Assembly (NCBI GenBank): GCA_937996685.1
Contig: CALKUP010000002.1
Location: 177,066-241,065, forward strand
Direction: 5' to 3'
DNA length: 64,000 nt
DNA from: an uncultured bacterium
GTDB lineage: Bacteria > Patescibacteriota > Patescibacteriia > UBA9570 > XYC2-FULL-38-9
Part shown: piece by piece, positions 18,813 to 28,436 of the stretch
How the letters are laid out: each line of letters begins with the position of its first letter
Position numbering within the stretch: the first letter of the stretch is position 1
Notes under the pieces: generated by a model
Database searches by the model: none
What the model was told of the DNA's origin: nothing
The model's input: only the letters and a program-made list of their open reading frames with translations
Program-made: the position numbers and the translations under genes

Positions 18813-19761
18813 TATGAACATGTACCGATTTATCGATAAAGCAAAATATATTACAACTGTTTCGTTAATTTTGGTTGTCGCGTCATTTGGTATTTGGGGA
18901 TACAACTACGCTTCTCAAGTGCGCTCTGGTGTGACAAATCAATACGGATTTTCATTAGGGATTGATTTTACTGGAGGGTCAGTCTTGGAGCTTTCTTTTC
19001 CTGAAGGTAAGCAGCCGTCTTTAGATCAAGCGACAACGGTTCTTGAGTCGCAGGGATTAAAGGGGACAACGCAGTCTGTGAACACAAACGGACTATTGGT
19101 GCGTACATCATACATCTCTCAAGATCAACACAATGCGCTGCTGCAAGGTTTTCAAGCGCAATATGGAGCGACAGAGCAGTCATTTTCAAGCGTTGGGCCA
19201 ACACTTGGTCAAGAATTACAACGAAAAGCCTTTTTAGCAACCGGACTCGTGTTGCTCGCGATTATTTTGTATGTATCATATGCGTTTCGTGGTATTTCAT
19301 ATGGCCCAGTAAAATCATGGGTGTTCGGTTTAGGTGCAATTGTGGCGTTGATACATGATATCGTCCTTGTTCTTGGGGTCTTTGTGGTTCTTGGGATGGT
19401 CTCCGGAGTGCAAATTGATTCCTTGTTTGTGACAGCACTGCTCACTGTTCTCGGCTTTTCTGTCCATGACACCATTGTTGTGTATGATCGTATTCGTGAG
19501 AATTTAAAGCAGAAAAATAAGTATACATTTGCTGAAATTATCGATAAAAGTATCAATAGCACTTTGGCGCGCTCTCTTAACACCTCATTTACAACTTTAT
19601 TTGTCTTAACAGCCTTGTATTTCTTCGGTGGAGAGACAATTCAGCATTTCGTCCTTGCATTAATCATTGGTATTATCATTGGAACCTATTCATCAATTTT
19701 TATCGCAAGCCCTGTATTGATTCTTGGTGAGCGTATTGGAAAACGCCTCCAAAATCGATAA
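18805..19761 (+). CDS. secF: protein translocase subunit SecF
   Basis: Immediately downstream of and overlapping secD; 6 TM helices with SecF motif DTIVVYDRIREN; ATG 18805 chosen (track start is TTG 18778). Confidence 0.75.
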   Translation: MTNMNMYRFIDKAKYITTVSLILVVASFGIWGYNYASQVRSGVTNQYGFSLGIDFTGGSVLELSFPEGKQPSLDQATTVLESQGLKGTTQSVNTNGLLVRTSYISQDQHNALLQGFQAQYGATEQSFSSVGPTLGQELQRKAFLATGLVLLAIILYVSYAFRGISYGPVKSWVFGLGAIVALIHDIVLVLGVFVVLGMVSGVQIDSLFVTALLTVLGFSVHDTIVVYDRIRENLKQKNKYTFAEIIDKSINSTLARSLNTSFTTLFVLTALYFFGGETIQHFVLALIIGIIIGTYSSIFIASPVLILGERIGKRLQNR

Positions 19762-19808
19762 AAATAGCTATTATTAGCTATAAATCCAACTTTTACTACG
19801 CATAAAAG

Positions 19809-19837
19809 TTGACATATTTTCAAATAAATGTCATTAT
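19809..19837 (+). promoter_or_regulatory. sigma70-like promoter TTGACA-N17-CATTAT
   Basis: -35 TTGACA 19809-14, 17-nt spacer, -10 CATTAT 19832-37, ~18 nt before ATG 19856. Confidence 0.45.
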
Positions 19838-19855
19838 GTGTCTATCGTGAATTGA

Positions 19856-20971
19856 ATGACACATATGAGTAACTCTATTTTAGACACAGTCTTATCGCGC
19901 AGAGACGTCGTGGAACGACAGTCTTTTGATGCCTTGCAGCTCACTGAGCAACTTTTGGCCGTATTACCTGAAAAAGAAGCAGGTATTTTGCGGCGTCGTT
20001 ATGGATTAACTGGTGAGCGAAAACAGACTCTTGAAATGATTGGAAAAGAGTACGCTGTAACACGTGAACGGATTCGTCAGATCGAGCGTCAGTCAATTGC
20101 TGCAATTAAAGATAGTAGCGTGTTTCGTGAATCCATTCGTCCGTTTGAACACGTTGTCATGGCTGTTATTCATGAACACGGTGGCATTATGACAATGGAA
20201 ATGATTAGCCGGGAATTACTTGGCGTCCATCATTCAGACGTTAAGCATCATGCAGCGCTTCATTTTCTATTGTCTGAATTATTGAAAGATAAAATTGAAC
20301 ACGTTCGTGCGAATAAGCAGTTTTCACAAAGTTGGAAAACAAAAACAGTTTCTTTGTCACTAGTGGAACGTGCTGTCGCTGAATTACAGCGTATTATTGA
20401 AGGTCTCGAAAAACCTCATAGCTTCGAGCGTATTTTTGGCGAGTTTCAGGAGACAGATTTATATAAAGAAAACACTGATCATTTTACAGAGCAGGTGTTA
20501 ACGTCGTATTTAGACGTTGCTGGCGCTGTCGGCAAAAATCCGTTTGATGAATACGGTCTTGCGCATTGGGGCTTGGTGAATCCGAAGCGTATGCATGATC
20601 GTGTCTATTTGATTTTACAAAAAGAAGGAAAGCCGTTGCATTTTGAAGAAATTAGTCAAAAGATCACAGAGATTTTTGGCAAAAAAGCGTATCCACCAAC
20701 AGTGCATAATGAGTTGATTTTGAACGATGAGTATGTCTTGGTTGGTCGTGGTTTGTATGCCTTGAAAGAATGGGGCTATCAAGAAGGAGTTGTTTCAGAT
20801 GTCATTAGCCAAGTGCTAGAAGATGCAGCAGAGTCAATGCACCGCGATGAAATTGTAGACAAGGTGTTAGAGCAGCGCATGGTAAAAAAGAACACAATTT
20901 ATTTAGCGTTAACCGACAAAGAAGTGTTTCGTAAACACGAGGACGGTCGTTACTCACACCAGGTAGCGTAA
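19856..20971 (+). CDS. sigma-70 region-4 (HTH) domain protein with uncharacterized ~280-aa C-terminal domain
   Basis: N-terminal LPEKEAGILRRRYGL..KQTLEMIGKEYAVTRERIRQIERQSIAAIKD closely matches sigma70 region 4.2; no region 2 or 3. Confidence 0.6.
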   Translation: MTHMSNSILDTVLSRRDVVERQSFDALQLTEQLLAVLPEKEAGILRRRYGLTGERKQTLEMIGKEYAVTRERIRQIERQSIAAIKDSSVFRESIRPFEHVVMAVIHEHGGIMTMEMISRELLGVHHSDVKHHAALHFLLSELLKDKIEHVRANKQFSQSWKTKTVSLSLVERAVAELQRIIEGLEKPHSFERIFGEFQETDLYKENTDHFTEQVLTSYLDVAGAVGKNPFDEYGLAHWGLVNPKRMHDRVYLILQKEGKPLHFEEISQKITEIFGKKAYPPTVHNELILNDEYVLVGRGLYALKEWGYQEGVVSDVISQVLEDAAESMHRDEIVDKVLEQRMVKKNTIYLALTDKEVFRKHEDGRYSHQVA

Positions 20972-21020
20972 ATACTATTCGTTTGTCTGATCATTTGGTA
21001 TACTATAGACAAGTGACTTG

Positions 21021-23198
21021 ATGTCTATTCTTATGTTTGCGCAAATACAAAATTTTTTTATCACGTTTGGAAAGGAGTTGCTTGCTGCTGCGGGGCAAAG
21101 TCCGTTTTCAGCACTTGGATACATCATGACACATGGTGGTCTTGTGGTCTTTTTTCCAATGCTTGTGTGGATGTTGTGGGTGACGTGGATTTTTTATGTT
21201 ATTGGCTGGTATGTAAAAAAACAAAAATACAAGTTATTTGCAGTCGATGTTCCAAGTGTGAATGAGCAGAGCATGGCAGCTGTTGAGCAAGTGATTGTTG
21301 CATTGCACGGGACATTTTTTAATTACAATAAAAAAGATCAGTATTGGCATGGTATGCTCGTTGAGCCGTACTCGTTAGAAATTGTCAGTATTGATGGATA
21401 CATTCAATACTTTGTCTGGTGTAATGCGCGTTTTGAAAATGTTTTGAAGTCGGCAATTTATGCGCAATACCCAGATGCCGAAATTACAGAGGTTGAGGAT
21501 TACACAAAGAATGTGCCGAATGAATTTCCAAGTGATGAGTATAAAATTTGGGGAACGCAATTAGTGTTTGAAAAACCAGATGTCTACCCGATTAAGACGT
21601 ATGAATATTTTGAGCATTCATTGACTGGCACTTTTGCAGACCCACTTGCGTCGATTTTGGAGCAGATGAGCCGACTTCATGAAGGAGAGCAAGTGTGGTT
21701 GCAGTTGGTCATCACCCCAACAGACGGTGGTATCCGCAGTAGTGGTATTTCAGAGGTGGATGCATTAATTGGAAAAGATTCTGGTTATAGTCCAAAAGGA
21801 TTTGAAAAATTTATTTTTTCAACACTTGGGCGTTTGTTTAACGCAGGAAAGCCAGTGCATTTTGAAGCAGTGGAGGATACTGGCTTTGGTCGAGAGGGAA
21901 GTGATGGAAACTTCATGAGTGTTACAACTGGTGAAAAGGTTGTTATTGAAGAAATTCAAAAGAAAATTACCCGCATGCAATTTTCGGTGAAATTTCGTAT
22001 TGTCTATCTTGCAAAAACTGCGTTGTATGATCGGTATCGTGTCCCTGGCGCAATTTTTGGTGCAATTAAACAGTTCAATTCACTTGATTTAAATAGTTTC
22101 AAAGGTGGAAAACTCACGACAACTTCTGGTCCGGCGTATTTGTTTTGGCAACGCCGTCGACATATTCGAGAAACAAAATTAGTACAAGCCTATCAAGGAC
22201 GCTCCAACTGGGCGGGGAGTGACGCAATTACAATGTCGAGTGCTGAAATTGCAACATTGTTTCATTTCCCTTTAGAGTCTGCGCAAGCGCCGCTGCTTTC
22301 TACAACCGAATCGAAAAAAGCCGAACCACCAACGCGGTTGCCGCAGTCTCAGGTGTCCGATTCAATTATCGCAACAGCCAGTATGCCTGGTGATAACGAC
22401 CCTGTTGTTCCAGAAAATTTACCAATGCAAACACCAACCAAAATGCGTATCCCGCAACCCGGCGAACAACTACCACGTGCTGCGAGTATTCCAGTTGGTC
22501 CAATTGAGGAAAACTTTGTTGGTACAACTGGTCAACAGCCAGGCACAATTTCATCGCAGCTCACAAATGCGGCTGGTGAAGTGCCTCTGCATTCAATGCC
22601 AGGCCTCCCGCCGGGTGTTCGTCCGATCACTGATTCAGCGTTGCCAACGCCTGTTGCAAAGCCGGTTTCTATTCCGACTCCCGCAACAGCTCCTGCGCAA
22701 CCGCAATTTCAACCGCAGCAATGGTCTCTGAATAGTCGTGCGCAAATGGAGGTTGGTGTGAATCCAAAATCAATTATGCCGACACCGGAAGAAATTACAG
22801 ATACCGTGACGCAAGTGGCGAACGTTATTCCAGCTGTCGCCAAAAAAGTGACCCCAGAGGCTGTTATGCCGATGATTCATGCGATTACAGATCCAATTCA
22901 GCAGGCAGCGCAAGCGATTCCTGGTATTGCGCGGTCGATGTCGCCACAGCAATGGGGTGCTAGTGAGTCGCAGTCACCGCAACCGCCACAGCCTCAATTG
23001 GTGCAACAACCACAATTTCAAACAGCAATGCAACCTCAGTCAGTGCAGCAGCCACCTGAAAACACAGCAAACCGTCCAATCCCAAAACCAGTGCAACATC
23101 CAGGCATGCAAGCGCCGCCAGCACCAAATAATCCACCATCCGCTCCGCAAGCAAGTAGTAGTTCAGCTGGCGCTCCGCCGCAAAATCTGCCAATATAA
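21021..23198 (+). CDS. membrane-anchored hypothetical protein with long P/Q-rich disordered C-terminal tail
   Basis: Two N-terminal TM helices, ~400-aa globular region, then ~300 aa low-complexity P/Q/A-rich; ATG 21021 (track start TTG 21018). Confidence 0.5.
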   Translation: MSILMFAQIQNFFITFGKELLAAAGQSPFSALGYIMTHGGLVVFFPMLVWMLWVTWIFYVIGWYVKKQKYKLFAVDVPSVNEQSMAAVEQVIVALHGTFFNYNKKDQYWHGMLVEPYSLEIVSIDGYIQYFVWCNARFENVLKSAIYAQYPDAEITEVEDYTKNVPNEFPSDEYKIWGTQLVFEKPDVYPIKTYEYFEHSLTGTFADPLASILEQMSRLHEGEQVWLQLVITPTDGGIRSSGISEVDALIGKDSGYSPKGFEKFIFSTLGRLFNAGKPVHFEAVEDTGFGREGSDGNFMSVTTGEKVVIEEIQKKITRMQFSVKFRIVYLAKTALYDRYRVPGAIFGAIKQFNSLDLNSFKGGKLTTTSGPAYLFWQRRRHIRETKLVQAYQGRSNWAGSDAITMSSAEIATLFHFPLESAQAPLLSTTESKKAEPPTRLPQSQVSDSIIATASMPGDNDPVVPENLPMQTPTKMRIPQPGEQLPRAASIPVGPIEENFVGTTGQQPGTISSQLTNAAGEVPLHSMPGLPPGVRPITDSALPTPVAKPVSIPTPATAPAQPQFQPQQWSLNSRAQMEVGVNPKSIMPTPEEITDTVTQVANVIPAVAKKVTPEAVMPMIHAITDPIQQAAQAIPGIARSMSPQQWGASESQSPQPPQPQLVQQPQFQTAMQPQSVQQPPENTANRPIPKPVQHPGMQAPPAPNNPPSAPQASSSSAGAPPQNLPI

Positions 23199-23218
23199 AG
23201 GAAGTGATACATTGATGT

Positions 23219-25921
23219 ATGCAAGACGAACAACAAACAAACACAAACACCAATCCACCTATTCCAGAAATGCCCTCAACGGTGAACTGGAATGAAATGC
23301 CAAATACGGTTACGTATTTTGCGCAAACAAATTTTCGTGGGGAAGCGCGTAAATTTGGAATCAAGCGTGATGATCGCCGCCGCCACATGTATGTGATCGG
23401 TAAAACTGGTATGGGGAAATCCACCATGCTTGAAAACATGATCATTCAAGATATTGAAAATGGTGAAGGGCTCGCAGTGATTGATCCGCATGGAGATCTT
23501 ATTGAAAAGGTGATTGACTTTGTTCCTGAGCATCGTATTAAAGATGTTATTTATTTTAACCCAGCCGATTTTCATTTTCCGATTGCGTTTAATATTGTCG
23601 AGCAAGTTGATGATGAATATAAAAATTTAATCGCTAATGGTTTGGTTGGTGTCTTTAAAAAGATTTGGGCAGATTCTTGGGGACCACGGTTGGAGTATAT
23701 TTTGATCAATTGTATTTTGTCTTTGTTGGATTATCCGGGCGCAACACTCCTTGATGTGAATCGTATTTTAGTTGATCCAGCGTATCGAAAAAAGGTGATC
23801 AAAAAAATCAAAGACCCGATTGTGCGGCAATTTTGGGTGAATGAATATAATAATTACAGTGAAAAATTTCGCAGTGAAGCGATTGCTCCAATTCAAAATA
23901 AGGTTGGACAATTTTTAAGTTCTTCATTGATTCGTAATATTGTTGGGCAAGAGCGATCAACCATTGATGTGCGTAAAGAAATGGACGCCGGTAAAATCAT
24001 TTTGATGAATTTATCAAAAGGTCGTATTGGTGAAGAAAATGCAGCTTTGCTTGGTGCGATGATGATTACGCGTATTCAACTTGCTGCGATGAGTCGGGTT
24101 GATATTCCAGAATCGCAACGTCGTGATTTCTTTTTGTATGTTGATGAGTTTCAAAACTTTTCAACGGAATCATTTGCGTCGATTTTATCTGAGGCACGTA
24201 AATATCGTTTAAATATCACAATGGCTCACCAATATATTGAGCAGTTGTCAGATGAGGTAAAGGCTGCGGTATTCGGAAACGTTGGAACAATGGTGTCGTT
24301 CCGCGTGGGAAGCGTTGACGCAGAAGAGTTGGAAAAAGAATTTCAACCAACCTTCATGCAAGAAGATATTGTGAAGTTGCCGTCGTTCCATGTTTATATG
24401 CGCTTGATGATTGACGGTGTGGCGAGTGATCCGTTTTCCGCAACAACGCTTGCGCCAATTTCAAACCCATCGCATTTAAAAGATGTGATTATTGAAAATT
24501 CCCGAAACACATATGCATCAGACCGCAAAGAAGTGGAATATGCAATTAATTTGTGGGCCGCGGTTGATGACGAGCAAACCCAAAAAATTAAAGCAGATAA
24601 AGAAAAAGCAGACGCGCGCGCAAGTGAGCCTGAGGTAGAAGAGGTCACGCAAGAATTAGACGAAGATGGTATTGTGCAAAAACCAAAAAATGGCATTCCA
24701 CTTCCAGCGGCAGCTGCTGCGCCAGCAACGACAGATTGGGGATTTGGTGGTTCTGTTCAAGGTGTGTCTCCGATACGGCCACTTGAAGAGGCGCCGGCTC
24801 CAGTCGCAGATGCAGAGCCAGTAATGCGATGGACTGTTGAAGAGTCGAATGAAGATGCTTCGGTTGTTGAAACAGCGCCTGTAAACGTGTTGAATGATGT
24901 CGCGCCCGCTTCTGTTGATGCTGACGATGTGTTTACGGGTGTTGACTTTTTGAGTGCGTTGCAAGGTGCGGAAGAGGTTCTTGATATGCCAACGCCTCCT
25001 CCAGTTGTTGCTCCTCAGTCATTACCTGTTGCTCAAAAACAAGAAGCGATGCCAACAGCATTTGATGATATATTGCGTGATGCATTTTCAGATGTTCCAG
25101 TTGAGCGTGAATCTCTGGCAGCAGAAAAGACTCCTGCCGCTCCTGTGAGTTCACAGCCACGGGCTGCAACCCCAAAACCACGAACAGTGACAGAGGCACC
25201 TCAAAAATCAGACGCAGCGCCAAGAGAACCGCGCTTTGTTCCAAATCATGCGGAAGACAAAGCTGACACCCGAAGACCGGATCAACGACCACAACCAGGA
25301 CAACGAGCGGGGTCTGCTTCAGGTTCGAGTTCAAGAAGTGCGCAAGGAACAGCTACTGCTCCAACGCAAGCAACTTCAGCCGGACCTGCTGGGCAAGTTG
25401 TTTCAAGTGAAGAAAAGCGTAAGCGCAAACGTAAGCGCAAGCGAAAACCAGACGACACTCGAACACCAGATCAACGACCGCCTCAGTCACAAGGTGGTGG
25501 AAGTGGGTCAGGTGCGGGAGGTTCTCGATCAACAATGCCGAGCGAGCCTCGTCAATCAAATAATACAAATACTCCCGCTGCACAAAAACCAGCTGTGCAT
25601 CAACCATTTAAAGATGCGTTTGCGAGCTTGAAAAAAGAGTTGCCTGAAGCAAACTCTGTTGCAAGTCCAGCTACTGCAGCGCCGGCGCGTGCGCAAACAC
25701 CTCGTGCAGATGACGATGGTCCAATTGGATTAGATCCTGTTGTTGTAAAAGCCGCTCCTGTTCAGCGGGTAGTCCAAACCTCTCCTGCGCAGCTACGTCC
25801 GATTCAGCCTGTAGAGCGGCCTGTGTCGCGGCCACAACAGCCGATGCAACCGCAGCCTGTGACACGACAACAGCAAGCACCGCAAACAATGCAGCCAGGT
25901 CAGCCAGTGACATTTGAATAA
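23219..25921 (+). CDS. type IV coupling protein-like P-loop ATPase (TraD/TraG/VirD4 family, TraG-D_C motif) with ~400-aa disordered tail
   Basis: Walker A VIGKTGMGKST, Walker B FFLYVDEFQNF, TraG-D_C-like ITMAHQYIEQL...GNVGTMVSFRVGS; no TM segment; C-terminal P/A/Q-rich region contains KRKRKRKRKRKRKP. Confidence 0.55.
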   Translation: MQDEQQTNTNTNPPIPEMPSTVNWNEMPNTVTYFAQTNFRGEARKFGIKRDDRRRHMYVIGKTGMGKSTMLENMIIQDIENGEGLAVIDPHGDLIEKVIDFVPEHRIKDVIYFNPADFHFPIAFNIVEQVDDEYKNLIANGLVGVFKKIWADSWGPRLEYILINCILSLLDYPGATLLDVNRILVDPAYRKKVIKKIKDPIVRQFWVNEYNNYSEKFRSEAIAPIQNKVGQFLSSSLIRNIVGQERSTIDVRKEMDAGKIILMNLSKGRIGEENAALLGAMMITRIQLAAMSRVDIPESQRRDFFLYVDEFQNFSTESFASILSEARKYRLNITMAHQYIEQLSDEVKAAVFGNVGTMVSFRVGSVDAEELEKEFQPTFMQEDIVKLPSFHVYMRLMIDGVASDPFSATTLAPISNPSHLKDVIIENSRNTYASDRKEVEYAINLWAAVDDEQTQKIKADKEKADARASEPEVEEVTQELDEDGIVQKPKNGIPLPAAAAAPATTDWGFGGSVQGVSPIRPLEEAPAPVADAEPVMRWTVEESNEDASVVETAPVNVLNDVAPASVDADDVFTGVDFLSALQGAEEVLDMPTPPPVVAPQSLPVAQKQEAMPTAFDDILRDAFSDVPVERESLAAEKTPAAPVSSQPRAATPKPRTVTEAPQKSDAAPREPRFVPNHAEDKADTRRPDQRPQPGQRAGSASGSSSRSAQGTATAPTQATSAGPAGQVVSSEEKRKRKRKRKRKPDDTRTPDQRPPQSQGGGSGSGAGGSRSTMPSEPRQSNNTNTPAAQKPAVHQPFKDAFASLKKELPEANSVASPATAAPARAQTPRADDDGPIGLDPVVVKAAPVQRVVQTSPAQLRPIQPVERPVSRPQQPMQPQPVTRQQQAPQTMQPGQPVTFE

Positions 25922-25950
25922 CAGCGAAGATCTTCGCTGTTATTTTTTTG
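25922..25950. terminator. bidirectional rho-independent terminator between convergent genes
   Basis: CAGCGAAGATCTTCGCTG hairpin followed by TTATTTTTTT. Confidence 0.55.
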
Positions 25951-26809
25951 GGGTAATAATTGCAAAGCGGTCCTCGTTTCCAAAATCTTGAATAATAGTA
26001 ACAGCGTGTTCTGGAAGAGTGTCTGCGACAGCAGCTGTGATGCGCGGTGCGTGATGTGATCCAATTTCTAACAAGAGTGAGCCATATGGCAATAACCACT
26101 GTGTGGCGCCTTGGATAATATCTGCGATAATAGCAAAGCCATCATCTTGCGCGACAAGTGCGTGTTCTGGCTCATATCGAAGTCCTACTGATTGGACTGT
26201 TGAGCCTTCTGCTTCAGTTAGTGTGAGGTATGGCGGGTTGCTGATGATTAAATCAAACTGCGCGATGCCTTCAGGAAGTGGTTCGTAGACAGATCCGTGC
26301 AACAGTTCAACGTCAACACCAATGCGTTTCATGTTTTCATACGCAACAGCCAAGCTGTCAGATGAGATGTCAGTCGCGATTACTTGTGCTTGTTTATCAA
26401 GAATTTTTGCGAGCGTGAGACCGATCGCGCCAGAGCCTGTACCAATATCTAAAATGCGGACACGCTCTGATGTGCCGTAGCGTGTGGTGATGAGTTTTTG
26501 GGCTTCATCAATGAGGCGTTCTGTTTCAGGACGGGGAACAAGGACGGCTTCGTCGACTTCAAAATCAATGCCATAAAATTCCTTATGACCGGTTAGATAT
26601 GCCATTGGTTCTCCGGCAGCACGGCGACCAATAAGATTATTGTATTGACGTTCCTGTTCAATTGAAATAATATCGCTGCCATGTGCGATAATATAGGCTC
26701 GGTTTTTTTCAAGTAAATGAGCGAGCAGAACTTCCGCATCCAAGAAGGGAAGCGTCACTGCGTCTTGCAAGGCCTCCCCGCCATGAATAATAAGTTCGTT
26801 GATTGTCAT
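25940..26809 (-). CDS. prmC: release factor glutamine N5-methyltransferase PrmC/HemK
   Basis: NPPY motif (LIISNPPYL), SAM-binding ILDIGTGSGAIG; ATG 26809 is 1 nt after the prfA stop (translationally coupled); track N-extension rejected. Confidence 0.75.
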   Translation of the reverse strand: MTINELIIHGGEALQDAVTLPFLDAEVLLAHLLEKNRAYIIAHGSDIISIEQERQYNNLIGRRAAGEPMAYLTGHKEFYGIDFEVDEAVLVPRPETERLIDEAQKLITTRYGTSERVRILDIGTGSGAIGLTLAKILDKQAQVIATDISSDSLAVAYENMKRIGVDVELLHGSVYEPLPEGIAQFDLIISNPPYLTLTEAEGSTVQSVGLRYEPEHALVAQDDGFAIIADIIQGATQWLLPYGSLLLEIGSHHAPRITAAVADTLPEHAVTIIQDFGNEDRFAIITPKK

Positions 26810-26810
26810 G

Positions 26811-27896
26811 TTAGTGTGTTGTTGGTTGGATATTTTGGAGACGTGCGATTTGGTCAGCTTCTTGGAGGGCTTCGATGATATCAGAGAGTTCGCCTTCCAT
26901 GTGCTTCGGAACGTTTGACCAGTTGTGTTTAATGCGGTGGTCAGTGATGCGGTCTTGTGGGAAATTGTACGTGCGGATTTTTTCACTACGGTCACCGGTG
27001 CCGACTTGTGAGCGACGTTCATCGCCACGTTTTTTTGCTTCCTCGTCTTCCATGTGTTGCAAGAGGCGAGAGCGCAAGACTGTTAAGGCTTTGGCTTTAT
27101 TTTTATGTTGTGATTTTTCATCCTGACAAACCACAACCATACCACTTGGAATATGAGTGATGCGAACTGCAGAGTCGGTTGTATTTACACTTTGTCCGCC
27201 GTTGCCGCCAGAGCGGAACACGTCAATGCGTAAATCATTCGGGCTAATTTCAAGGTCAGTTTCTTCAGCTTCAGGGAGAATTGCAACAGTAATTGTTGAT
27301 GTGTGAACGCGGCCTTGTTTTTCTGTTTCTGGAACGCGTTGCACACGATGCACGCCACTTTCGTATTTAAATGCAGAGTATGCGCCAATTCCTTCAATTT
27401 TAGCAATGACTTCTTTGTAACCATCAACGCCGTTTTGGCTGGTTGCGAGGAGTTCAACATTCCAATTGCGTGACTCTGCGTATTTAATGTATGAACGAAA
27501 TAGCTCAGCAGCAAACAGAGCGGATTCGTCACCGCCAGCGCCGGCTCGGATTTCCATGATGATATTTTTTTGATCGTTCGGATCTTTTGGCAGGAGTTGT
27601 CGTTGCAAGGCTTCTTCAATCTCAGTGCGTTGCGCTGTAAGACTTTTGAGTTCTTCCTTCGCGAGTTCGACAAAGTCAGGGTCAGATCCTTCATCAATTG
27701 TTGCTTGCGCTTCTGTGAGGGCGCTGCCGACAGATTCTAAACGGTGAATCAATTCAACAGTGACTTTGAGTTCGTTGTATTCAATCGACACGCGTTCAAA
27801 AGCTTTGCGATCTTGCACTAATTCACCCGATTGTAATTGGGCTTCAAGGCGAGCAAAATGTTCAAGGATTGGTCCGGTGAGTGCTGAATCGATCAT
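26811..27896 (-). CDS. prfA: peptide chain release factor 1
   Basis: GGQ motif ([24 protein letters not shown]) and RF1-type tripeptide region [15 protein letters not shown]. Confidence 0.85.
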   Translation of the reverse strand: MIDSALTGPILEHFARLEAQLQSGELVQDRKAFERVSIEYNELKVTVELIHRLESVGSALTEAQATIDEGSDPDFVELAKEELKSLTAQRTEIEEALQRQLLPKDPNDQKNIIMEIRAGAGGDESALFAAELFRSYIKYAESRNWNVELLATSQNGVDGYKEVIAKIEGIGAYSAFKYESGVHRVQRVPETEKQGRVHTSTITVAILPEAEETDLEISPNDLRIDVFRSGGNGGQSVNTTDSAVRITHIPSGMVVVCQDEKSQHKNKAKALTVLRSRLLQHMEDEEAKKRGDERRSQVGTGDRSEKIRTYNFPQDRITDHRIKHNWSNVPKHMEGELSDIIEALQEADQIARLQNIQPTTH

Positions 27897-27929
27897 AGTG
27901 TTGGTATCATATCATAGAATAGGGCAAAC

Positions 27930-27957
27930 AAAAAAACGGGAGAATATCCCGTTTTTT
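27930..27957. terminator. bidirectional rho-independent terminator (A-run, ACGGGA/TCCCGT hairpin, T-run)
   Basis: AAAAAAACGGGAgaataTCCCGTTTTTT; serves rpmE on the minus strand. Confidence 0.6.
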
Positions 27958-27968
27958 CAAACGTGTCG

Positions 27969-28313
27969 CTATAAATCCGCGAGAGCGTTTTTTGCTGCTT
28001 TCAAGGCTTCTTTGGCAGAATTTTTGACATCGTCTCCACCAGTTGAGCGTTTTGCTTTTCGAGCTGCTTCTTTTTCTTTCTTTGAGCGGAGACCGCCAGA
28101 AGCAACAATGGCTTCTTTTTGCGCTTCTTTCGCTTTGAATTTTTCCAAACGTTGAGCAGTGTCTAAAAACTTTTGCTTACCAGTAAAGAATGGATGGCAT
28201 TGTGAGCACACTTCAGTGGCTACGTCTTTTTTTGTAGACAATGTATCAAAAGAGGCTCCGCAAGCGCAGGCGAGCGTCACACGATGCATTGTTGGGTGGA
28301 TATCGCTTTTCAT
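27969..28313 (-). CDS. rpmE: 50S ribosomal protein L31 (zinc-ribbon type) with lysine-rich C-terminal extension
   Basis: DIHP...CxCG...CSQCHPFFTGKQ L31 signature; ATG at 28313. Confidence 0.8.
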   Translation of the reverse strand: MKSDIHPTMHRVTLACACGASFDTLSTKKDVATEVCSQCHPFFTGKQKFLDTAQRLEKFKAKEAQKEAIVASGGLRSKKEKEAARKAKRSTGGDDVKNSAKEALKAAKNALADL

Positions 28314-28322
28314 AACCAAAAA

Positions 28323-28352
28323 ACTATACTATAGAACGATTTTTCTGTCAAA
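28323..28352 (-). promoter_or_regulatory. putative rpmE promoter TTGACA-N18-TATAGT (minus strand)
   Basis: Reverse complement of 28323-28352 reads TTGACAgaaaaatcgttctatagTATAGT. Confidence 0.4.
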
Positions 28353-28436
28353 TAAGATAAAAAGTGAGGGGTGCAGGCTCGCGAGAGAGATGTTTCACTC
28401 TTCCAAGAGCCCGCGTTTGTCTGAATGTGGTCAGAT

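Noticed and set aside
25380-25460. Tandem AAGCGYAAR repeat in DNA encoding KRKRKRKRKRKRK
   Set aside because: It is in-frame codon repetition within the disordered tail of the T4CP-like ATPase, not an independent repeat element; it is noted under that finding instead.
27185-27697. 170-aa minus-strand ORF and other short ORFs inside prfA/prmC
   Set aside because: They overlap well-supported prfA codons in another frame, have no start signals and a low-complexity composition.
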